This document shows positions 42,218 to 50,700 of a stretch of DNA of 64,000 bases, in pieces. The stretch lies in NCBI GenBank assembly GCA_963664195.1, contig OY760907.1:3360001-3424000 (forward strand), read 5' to 3'. The notes below the pieces were generated by a model, which was not told where the DNA came from, did no database searches, and worked only from the letters and a program-made list of their open reading frames with translations. The stretch is from an uncultured candidate division Zixibacteria bacterium (GTDB lineage: Bacteria > Zixibacteria > MSB-5A5 > GN15 > FEB-12). Both the position numbers and the translations under genes were made by a program. The stretch's first letter is position 1, and the number at the start of each line of letters is the position of its first letter.

Positions 42218-42854
42218 AGACCACGCCGGTGATTCGTCGACTCCACAATTCGAACAACGTCAGTTTGTTGAACATCGAGCCGACCCACTTCGCACCAAAG
42301 GCAATCAACACAGCAAAGAGGAAGACCGGCAGCCCCGTTCCCACGCCGTAAATAACCGGCAGGGTGATAGTCGAATTCTCCCGCACCGCCAGAGGAATCA
42401 AACTGCCGAAAAACAGCGCGGCCGACACCGGACAGAACGAAAGCGCAAATGCAATCCCGAGCAGTCCGGCGCCCCATATCCCCATGGATTCGACTCGCTC
42501 CTGAAACTTCTCCCCCACACCGCCGCCTGAAACAGGTAGACGGATCCAACCAACAAGAACAACTCCGACAAGAACAAGAACCGGCCCGAGGAACTTGTTC
42601 ATATTCCGCTGCAGCCACATGGACGCGTCCGATACAGACATCACCAGCGAGACAAGCAACATACCCAGTACAAGATACGCTACGACCCGTCCCAGAGTAT
42701 AGAGCAGTCCGGAGAGAAACACCTGCCGCGAACTACCAACCCTCCGTCCTATGAACGATATCGCGGCGATATTGGTTGCCATGGGACAGGGACTGATCGA
42801 TGTCTGAATGCCCAGCCAAAGAGCAGACGCAGCAGCGACAAGGACACCGTCCAT
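42165..42854 (-). CDS. arsG: ArsG-family (aminoaromatic arsenical efflux; DsbD-like TM) permease
   Basis: LG..TSISPCPMATNIAAISFI, Y.LGR, LG..FALSFCP.SA.LFFG.LIP. Confidence 0.78.
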   Translation of the reverse strand: MDGVLVAAASALWLGIQTSISPCPMATNIAAISFIGRRVGSSRQVFLSGLLYTLGRVVAYLVLGMLLVSLVMSVSDASMWLQRNMNKFLGPVLVLVGVVLVGWIRLPVSGGGVGEKFQERVESMGIWGAGLLGIAFALSFCPVSAALFFGSLIPLAVRENSTITLPVIYGVGTGLPVFLFAVLIAFGAKWVGSMFNKLTLFELWSRRITGVVFIGIGLYFCLAYLFEVI

Positions 42855-43336
42855 TAATTCTCACCCAGAAACGTCTTGACCTCAGTCTGGACATAGTTTA
42901 CAAACGCCGAATCGTCACTCACCAATTCCCAAACCCTATCGAGATTCTTCCACGAAGCGGTGTCTCCGGCATTCGGTCTGACCAGCACCACCGACTGCGA
43001 GACAAGGCCATAATCTTTCACGATATGCTCGTTGCCTGCCTCCTCGAAGTTGACCACATCCCACGACAGCTTACCCTCGCCCAGAGCGTCGGCAAATCCC
43101 TCGGTTAAGGCCTTCGTTGCCAGTGATTCGATCTTGAGGCAGGTCTTGCAACGTCGGTTACTATGGAAATAGAAGGCCTGCACTTCGGCGGAGCCGGCCG
43201 TATGGTCGACTTCGGCAGTTGCAGCGATCTCCGTGGCCGGTACATCCTCCGCTACTTTTTCTTCTGAACCACACCCGACCAATACCATCAGGCCCAATAC
43301 CGACAACACTGCAAGAATCATATTGATCTGTTTCAT
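42854..43336 (-). CDS. arsF: ArsF-family thioredoxin-like lipoprotein
   Basis: Lipobox LVGC; YFH..RRCKTC..IE and WKNL..VW.L motifs. Confidence 0.75.
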   Translation of the reverse strand: MKQINMILAVLSVLGLMVLVGCGSEEKVAEDVPATEIAATAEVDHTAGSAEVQAFYFHSNRRCKTCLKIESLATKALTEGFADALGEGKLSWDVVNFEEAGNEHIVKDYGLVSQSVVLVRPNAGDTASWKNLDRVWELVSDDSAFVNYVQTEVKTFLGEN

Positions 43337-43389
43337 ACCACATCCTTCCGGAAATATCATCAATTGACTGTATTCGATTCACGCCCGAA

Positions 43390-43623
43390 TTAAGACAACA
43401 GCGCCACTATCTCGTCCTTCGAAGGTACTTTGCCTGTTACCTTGACCTCTCCGTCAACCACCAGGGCGGGTGTCATCATAACGCCGAATGCGAGGATTTC
43501 CTGAATGTCCGACACTTTGGTGACCTCACACTCCAAGCCGATTGAATCTGCCGCCTCTTTCGCTACCTCGTACAGTTTAACGCACTTGGCACATCCGGGC
43601 CCTAGAACCAGCACCTTTTTCAC
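43390..43623 (-). CDS. Small thioredoxin-like protein (MTH895/TM0996 family; ArsE-like position)
   Basis: VLGPGCAKC, GVMMTPALVVDGEVK..G.VP. Confidence 0.9.
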   Translation of the reverse strand: MKKVLVLGPGCAKCVKLYEVAKEAADSIGLECEVTKVSDIQEILAFGVMMTPALVVDGEVKVTGKVPSKDEIVALLS

Positions 43624-43651
43624 TATTATTTCTCCAGCAAAACGTTATTCT

Positions 43652-44950
43652 CTAAAACCAGCTACCATATATCATGCCGCTGACCGTCGCCATCACGACC
43701 ACGAGCGCTACATACACTGTTGTCTTCTTAGTTCCCATCACGCTCCTGATTACCAACATGTTGGGCAGGGACAATGCCGGTCCGGCCAGTAACAGAGCCA
43801 GCGCGGGACCTTTTCCCATACCGTTGCCCATGAGGCCTTCGAGAATCGGAACCTCGGTCAAAGTCGCGAAATACATAAAGGCTCCCGCGACCGAAGCAAA
43901 CAGGTTCGAGCCAAGCGAATTGCCTCCCACTGAGTTCTCGATCCAAGCCGAGGGAATCAACCCTTCCTGCCCCGGCCTTCCAAGCAACACACCGGCGATC
44001 AACACTCCGAAAAACAGCAGCGGAAGTATCTGACGAGCAAACCCCCAGGATTCGGCAAACCATTCGCCGGTATCCCCTTTCGACGTGGAAGTCACAACAG
44101 ACAGGCCGACGATTCCACCGGCGAACGCAATAACGGGATAGCCGGGGAACGCCACCCCAAGAATCACGGCCGGCGCAGCCGCCAACAAGACACGTTTCCA
44201 GGGCATCTTGATCCACATGACAAGAATGACTGCCAGTGCCAATGCCGCAGCCGATGTTATCAGCCATTTGGCAGAAAACACGGCATGAAAGAACCCCGTC
44301 GCCTCTTCAGGGGAACCCCAGTTGGCAAATACCAGCACGGCCACCATGGATCCAAAGTAGATGCCGTTCTGCCACAACGGACGCCCGATATCCTCCTGTG
44401 GCTGAACCGCCTGGATTTTCACGCGCTCCTCGTCCTCCTTGCGGAAAAACAAATGCATGAACAATCCGATCACGACACTGAACACAATCGCCCCCACTGC
44501 ACGCGCAACGCCCATTTCCACTCCCAGCACACGAGCCGTGAGGACAATAGCGAGCACGTTGATTGCGGGACCCGCGTACAAAAACGCCGAGGCCGGACCA
44601 AGCCCTGCTCCCATTCGGTAGATTCCCGCAAACAACGGAAGCACCGTGCAGGAACAAACCGCGAGAATCCCCCCCGACACAGAGGCAACTCCGTACGCCA
44701 GAATCTTGTTAGCCCCCGCTCCGAGGTATTTCATCACCGAGGCCTGACTGATGAAAACTGCAATAGCCCCGGCTATGAAAAACGCAGGCAACAGGCACAG
44801 GACGACATGCTCACGCGCATACCACTTGACCAGATGGATCGCCTCAAGTAACGCGTTGTCAAACCGCAGGCTGCCGACCGGCAGATAGTAACAAGCCAGA
44901 AACACACTTACTATCGCCGCAAGCGGTTTCCATTCCTTTTTCCAATCCAT
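43652..44950 (-). CDS. arsP: ArsP/DUF318 family permease
   Basis: EHV.LCL.PAFFIAG, LAVCSCTVLPLF, FLY.GPAIN, YFATLTEVPI, GPALSLPNM. Confidence 0.8.
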   Translation of the reverse strand: MDWKKEWKPLAAIVSVFLACYYLPVGSLRFDNALLEAIHLVKWYAREHVVLCLLPAFFIAGAIAVFISQASVMKYLGAGANKILAYGVASVSGGILAVCSCTVLPLFAGIYRMGAGLGPASAFLYAGPAINVLAIVLTARVLGVEMGVARAVGAIVFSVVIGLFMHLFFRKEDEERVKIQAVQPQEDIGRPLWQNGIYFGSMVAVLVFANWGSPEEATGFFHAVFSAKWLITSAAALALAVILVMWIKMPWKRVLLAAAPAVILGVAFPGYPVIAFAGGIVGLSVVTSTSKGDTGEWFAESWGFARQILPLLFFGVLIAGVLLGRPGQEGLIPSAWIENSVGGNSLGSNLFASVAGAFMYFATLTEVPILEGLMGNGMGKGPALALLLAGPALSLPNMLVIRSVMGTKKTTVYVALVVVMATVSGMIYGSWF

Positions 44951-44995
44951 TGCGTTTTCCCGGCACACCCCGAACGAGCCGTGCCTGCTTCTCTT

Positions 44996-45322
44996 CTATT
45001 TGATGTTCGTCACGGCCAGCTGAATCCGCGCGTTGTGTTCCAGCACCGACTCCAGACAACCAAAGAAATTCATTATGCACGGTGTCCGAAGCGAATAGAA
45101 TATCTGGGAGCCACGCTTATCTATGTCAACCAGACCCGCCCCTTTCAGCACGTTCAGATGCTTCGACACCGTAGACATATCGACATCCACCATTCTCGTT
45201 AGCTCGGCAACACACTGCTCACCAGCCGCCAGTTGGTCTAGCATGAATAGCCGAGTCGGATGTGCCATTGCCTTCAGGACAGCCGCCCGCGCATCGAACA
45301 GCTTTTTTGTCTTGTCATTCAT
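44996..45322 (-). CDS. arsR: ArsR/SmtB family transcriptional repressor
   Basis: KAMAHPTRL, E.CV.EL, STVSKHL.VLK.AGLV, C...FF.C C-terminal cysteines. Confidence 0.9.
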   Translation of the reverse strand: MNDKTKKLFDARAAVLKAMAHPTRLFMLDQLAAGEQCVAELTRMVDVDMSTVSKHLNVLKGAGLVDIDKRGSQIFYSLRTPCIMNFFGCLESVLEHNARIQLAVTNIK

Positions 45323-45344
45323 CACAATCTCCACGCGCATTGCC

Positions 45345-45390
45345 TATTTGGCCATTTCGCCAAATATACAAGTACATCTCAGATTGTCAA
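45345..45390 (-). promoter_or_regulatory. ars promoter with overlapping palindromic ArsR operator
   Basis: Minus-strand TTGACA-N16-TATATT (45390-45363); inverted repeat TATTTGGC-N6-GCCAAATA at 45345-45366. Confidence 0.7.
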
Positions 45391-45649
45391 CAGCTTATTT
45401 ACCTTATGTGTTTTCTCCCTTCGCAACGCACAAACAGTCCTGATTATCTTCCTTTTCCCTTGGAGATACGGCAAATCCCTGTATATTCGGGGAACAGTGG
45501 TTTTCGGAAGGCTACCCCGACCACTGAATTTGCAAACAGGCCGGCTCTTTGCCCGAATGCGGCAGAACCTCAACATCAACTTCAGCGAGCTTGCAACACA
45601 GTCTGCGTGCTTGGCTTGGCTCCTCGACAATGGGATTGGTACTGAAGAA

Positions 45650-47068
45650 ATGAAATTGACCCTGAAAATGTTTACGACCTGCATATACATGATGGCTCTC
45701 CTTGTGTCAGCCTCTTCCACGGCCTTCTCGGCCGGTATCACGGCAGATCACAACGCGGTGACCGCGTTTGACAATATCACGCCCGCCACAGTCGCGGAAA
45801 TCCAGAACACATATAGGTTCTACTACGGGCACACCTCTCACGGATCGCAAATCATGAGCGGCTTGGACATTGTCGAAGGCGAGAATTCTCTTTACACGCA
45901 ACCATACTTCAGCGAGGTCGGTACTGACCTCGGCCACAACGGCGACACGTCCTGGGTACCGCTCACGCGTGCCTATCTGAACAGCACTCCCTCCTGTAAC
46001 ACCGTCATGTGGTCGTGGTGCGGTGGTGCTTCAGACAACACACCGACCGGTATCAATATCTATCTGAACGCCTTAAACGGCCTTGAACAGGATTTCCCCG
46101 CCATCACATTCATATATATGACAGGGCACCTCGACGGCACCGGTCCCGACGGCAATCTGTATGCTATGAACAACCTCATTCGAGACTATTGCGAAACCAA
46201 CAGCAAGATACTCTTTGATTTCGCTGACATCGAAAGCTGGGATCCCGACGGCAATTATTATCCTGATGAAACCGATGCCTGCGGATGGTGTACTGACTGG
46301 TGTGCTACACACACCTGCCTCTCCTGCGCCAGCTGTGCGCATTCCCACTGCTACAACTGCTACGTGAAAGGGAAAGCCTTCTGGTGGTTGATGGCATCCA
46401 TTCTGGAACCACAGGATTCCGACTCGGACGGACACCTTGATGCCGACGACAATTGTCCGCAGAACTACAATCCGACTCAAGCCGATTCAGACAACGATAC
46501 CGTGGGCGACGCCTGCGACGAGTGTCCGGGGCATGATGATCGTATCGACTCCGACGTTGACCTCGTCCCCGACGGCTGCGACGAATGTCCGGGGCACGAC
46601 GATCGTATCGACACCGACAGTGACGGCGTCCCCGATGGCTGCGACGAGTGTCCGGGGCACGACGATCGTATCGACACCGACAGTGACGGCGTCCCCGATG
46701 GCTGCGACGAGTGTCCGGGGCATGATGATTTAGTCGACACAGACGGCGACAATCACCCCAACGATTGCGACAACTGCCCGTCAGTGCCAAACCCCGATCA
46801 GGAAGATTCCGACTCCGACGGGATTGGCGATGCTTGCGAAGAAACATGCTGTATCGGCACAAGCGGCAACGTCGATTGCTCAGGCGACGATCTGGTAACA
46901 ATGTCCGACCTTACTGTTCTTATAGATCATATGTTCATCAGTCTCGCCCCGCTCTGCTGCGTACCGGAGGCAGAGGTTGACGGAACACCGAAGATCACCA
47001 TGAGCGATCTGACCGTCGTGATTGACCACCTGTTTATCAACCTCATGCCGCTCCCTGACTGCCCGTAG
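45650..47068 (+). CDS. Secreted hypothetical SGNH-like hydrolase with TSP3-like repeats and dockerin-like tail
   Basis: Signal peptide; GHTSHGSQI, WSWCG, YMTGHLDG, LFDFADIES, CAHS; D.DGD...D.CD.CP repeats; tail at 46847-47068. Fold assignment is tentative. Confidence 0.65.
   Translation: MKLTLKMFTTCIYMMALLVSASSTAFSAGITADHNAVTAFDNITPATVAEIQNTYRFYYGHTSHGSQIMSGLDIVEGENSLYTQPYFSEVGTDLGHNGDTSWVPLTRAYLNSTPSCNTVMWSWCGGASDNTPTGINIYLNALNGLEQDFPAITFIYMTGHLDGTGPDGNLYAMNNLIRDYCETNSKILFDFADIESWDPDGNYYPDETDACGWCTDWCATHTCLSCASCAHSHCYNCYVKGKAFWWLMASILEPQDSDSDGHLDADDNCPQNYNPTQADSDNDTVGDACDECPGHDDRIDSDVDLVPDGCDECPGHDDRIDTDSDGVPDGCDECPGHDDRIDTDSDGVPDGCDECPGHDDLVDTDGDNHPNDCDNCPSVPNPDQEDSDSDGIGDACEETCCIGTSGNVDCSGDDLVTMSDLTVLIDHMFISLAPLCCVPEAEVDGTPKITMSDLTVVIDHLFINLMPLPDCP
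46514..46765 (+). repeat. Coding tandem repeat, 4 x 63 nt (CDECPGHDDRID.D.D.VPDG)
   Basis: tgcgacga(g/a)tgtccggggca recurs at 46514, 46577, 46640 and 46703. Confidence 0.93.
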
Positions 47069-47111
47069 GCGCTGTGCTCCGACATCACCGCACAGGCATC
47101 ATCCAGCTTTT

Positions 47112-47201
47112 TTCGGCGCAGGAATTGCGACGGGGCTCTATTTCTATCGCCTCTCCACAGGCGAGTTTGATCGGCCCATGAGGGTGCTGCTTGGCAGTTA
47201 G
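47112..47201 (+). pseudogene. Possible relic of a T9SS type A / FlgD-Ig C-terminal sorting tail
   Basis: Startless frame reads FGAGIATGLYFYRLSTGEFDRPMRVLLGS-stop, resembling the consensus ASG(V/I)YFYRL.AG.F..TKKM.LLK-stop; it is out of frame with the upstream gene. Confidence 0.45.
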
Positions 47202-47530
47202 TGCTCCCGGAAGACGATCCAACAACCGGCCGGTTCCTCGCCGCAGAGAGCCAGCTGAGCAGTAATTCATAAGGCGTTGCACCGCAGGTACTTAACGACC
47301 TGCACGTTCGGATGAGAGAGCGTACCTGCCTGCGTCGCAGATTCGTCTCCCGGTCCTCAGGCTTGTGGCCACAAGAACAAGACGGACAACCATGGCCACT
47401 CTTCGAACGCGCCCCTCCCTTATGTGAATGTCCCGCAGCTACTTACAATGCCAGACATTTGTGAACCCGCGGATGTGTTAATTCATCTGGCAAACACCAT
47501 TTCACTCGGGGTTCTACAGAAGAATTCACA

Positions 47531-47558
47531 TTGACATCCTCTACTATATTGTTATATT
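47531..47558 (+). promoter_or_regulatory. sigma70-type promoter candidate with extended -10
   Basis: TTGACA-N16-TATATT, preceded by TGt. Confidence 0.65.
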
Positions 47559-47714
47559 GTAGCCTAGTATAGACTTTACTCACCAAAGACAGCCTCTTTG
47601 CTAAGTCTTTGCGGACAGGTACTCCGAAATAAACACAAGCACGCCTTCTTGCATGACAACTAGGACGATAAACAATAAACTCATTTTCTGTATCCTATTG
47701 GACTGGAGGTAGTT

Positions 47715-50700
47715 TTGCGGAAAGTAGCTATCGGATTTTGCACTACGCTGCTCCTGTGCCTCTCCCTTTCTGGACTCGCTTTTGCAGGCCAAGTACTGCA
47801 AATCAGCGGCGCTCAGAACGGCGTGACGGTATTGGATCAGGGCTCCGACGGGCTTACGTTACAATTGGACGTTGGCAATGTCACGTTCAGCGACGTAACA
47901 ACCAAAGGTGGAGACTTCACTCTTCTCTCAGCCACGAATCTGATTCGTTCCTGGGAAGTTGGTGAACCGAACCTTCCGGTTAGTAACAAATTGATCGTCA
48001 TACCCGACGGATGCGAACTCAAAGCATCAGTACTCTACTCTGAGTACGAGGACTTCAAGCTGTCTGATTACGGCCTGACCAATCTGATCATGCCTGCCCA
48101 GCCGCCGCTTGAGAAGTCTGTCGACCCGATGGACGTGCCGTTCGAGCACAACCAGGCCTTGTATGAACAGGCCGGTTTCTACGAACGCCCCATGGTCGAG
48201 GCAGAATTCCTGGGCGTCATGCGTGATGTCCGCCTTGGAATGGTCCATATTCGCCCGTTCCACTACAATCCCACGGAGAATACTCTTCGTGTGTACAAAA
48301 ACGTGCAGGTCAACGTTACTTTCGAGCATCCGAACTGGGCGAAGACCTACGCCGACATGGAACAGCACTACTCTCCGATGTTCACCTCCATATTCAACCG
48401 CACGTTGAACTATGAGAGTCTGGCCTCTGGCGTAAAGGCTGACCTGACCAAGTATCCGATCAAGTACGTCATCATTGCCGACCGGCAGTTTGAAGCCCAA
48501 TTGGTGCCATTCATCGAATGGAAAACCAAAAAGGGGTTCCATGTCGAAACGTACTACCTCGATGATATCGGATCGACCAATACGGTAGTCAGAGATTTCC
48601 TTGAGGGACTGTACAACGCGGGTACGACGGCCGATCCGGCACCGTCGTTTGTGTTGTTTGTCGCTGATGATAACCAGCTGCAGGCATTTGCCGGCTCGGC
48701 CGGTTCTCATATCACGGACTTGCGGTTCTGTGAATTCACGGGTGATGATTTCCCGGAAATCTACTACGGTCGTTTCTCCGCACAGACTCCTGCGCAACTG
48801 CAACCGCAGATTGACAAGACTCTGGAGTACGAACAGTACCAGATGCCCGATCCGTCCTACCTCGAGAGAGTGACTCTTGTGTCCGGTTCCGACGGTACCT
48901 ATGCCATCACTCACGGCAACGGTCAGATCAATTACGGTACGAATCTGTACTTCAACGAAGCTCACGGTATCAACGCAAACGTCTGGCTCTACCCTGAAAC
49001 GGGCAGTGGCGGTACGGTTGCCGCGGACATCATTCAGTCTGTCAGCGACGGCATATCGTTCTACAACTACACCGCTCACTGCGGCCATGATGGCACGGGC
49101 ACTCCATCCTTCACGACGTCAGACATCCCGGGCCTGACCAACTATCACCAATACCTCCTCGGTGTTGGCAACTGTTGTCTGTCAAACACTTTTGGCGATG
49201 ACTATTCCACCCCGTGCTTTGGCGAAGCCTTCCTGCAGGTTGAAGATAAAGGTGGCATTGGCTACATCGGCGCCACCAACAACACGATGTGGGATCCCGA
49301 TTACTACTGGGGTGTCGGTGCTGGTGATGTCGTATCGGAAGGCCCGCCTTACGAGGAGACAACTCTGGGTGCCTATGACGGCATTTTTCACGATCACGGT
49401 GAACCCCTTGCGGATCACTATGTAACCAATGGCGCCATGATTTTCGCCGGTAACCTCGGTGTTACCGAGGGTGGCTCCAGCGTCCAGTACTACTGGGAAG
49501 TGTATCACCTCATGGGTGACCCGTCTGTTATGACTTACATGGGCGTTCCGGCGGTCAACCCCGTCAGTCACATAGCGGCCCTCATGATGACGGCGCCGTC
49601 GATTGACGTTACTTGTGACCCGTACTCACTGGTCGCTATCAGTGTCGACGGCGTGCTCAAAGGTTCGGCTTTCGCCGACTCCAAGGGCACCGTTACCGTG
49701 CCGCTCGAAGCCTTTGACCAGCCCTGCACGGCAGACATCGTCGTCACCGCGCAGTTTAGACAGCCGTACATCTCGACAATTCAGGTGATCGCTCCTTCGG
49801 GACCGTACGTAGTTCTTGATTCCTACACGATTGACGATGCCGCCGGCAACAACAACGGCATGGTAGATTTCGGTGAGAGTATCGTTCTTGGCATGCAGCT
49901 GAAGAACGTTGGTCCGGACGACGCTCTTGACGTCAACGCGACCATCGCCACCGCTGACGGTTACGTGACGATCACCGATGACACCGAAGCCTACGGCACA
50001 ATCGCCGGTGACTTTGGTCTCAGCAACATCGCCGACGCCTTTGCGTTCGACGTTTTGCCGAGCGTCCCTGACGGCCACGTCGTCACGTTCACTCTGACCG
50101 TAACCGGTACGGCGCGGGATACGTGGGAAGGTACTTTCACCATCCCGGTCCACGCTCCTGAAATCGGTTATGTGTCTGTATCCATTGATGACGCTCTTGG
50201 TGGCGACGGCAACGGTATTCTTGATCCGGGTGAAACGGCTGACATTATTGTCACTGTTGAGAACTCCGGTTCGGGCGATGCCTTTGGTGTCGAGGCCTAC
50301 CTGAGCGAGTCCGATTCGTACGTCACGATTGACGATGACTACGGTCTGTTCGGCGACATCGCCGCCAGTGCTTCGACGTCTAACGCCGGTAACGTGTACA
50401 CGGCCACGGCCGACGCAGGCTGCCCGATGGGTCACGCAGTGTCGGTTGATCTGGCTCTGTCCACAACCGGTGGTTACACGACCACACTGAACTTCTCGTT
50501 GACGGTAGGTGACCGGGTGGTCTTCTACTTCGACGATTTCTCGGCCGATCTCGGCTGGACCGGTCTTGGTGGAGGCGCCGAGTGGCAGATTGGTGAATGT
50601 ATCGGCGGCGGCACGACCGGCCGTCTCGATCCTACCGAGGATCATACTTCCAGTTCTGACAACCGGGTACTGGGTAACGATCTGACCTCGGCCGGTTTGT

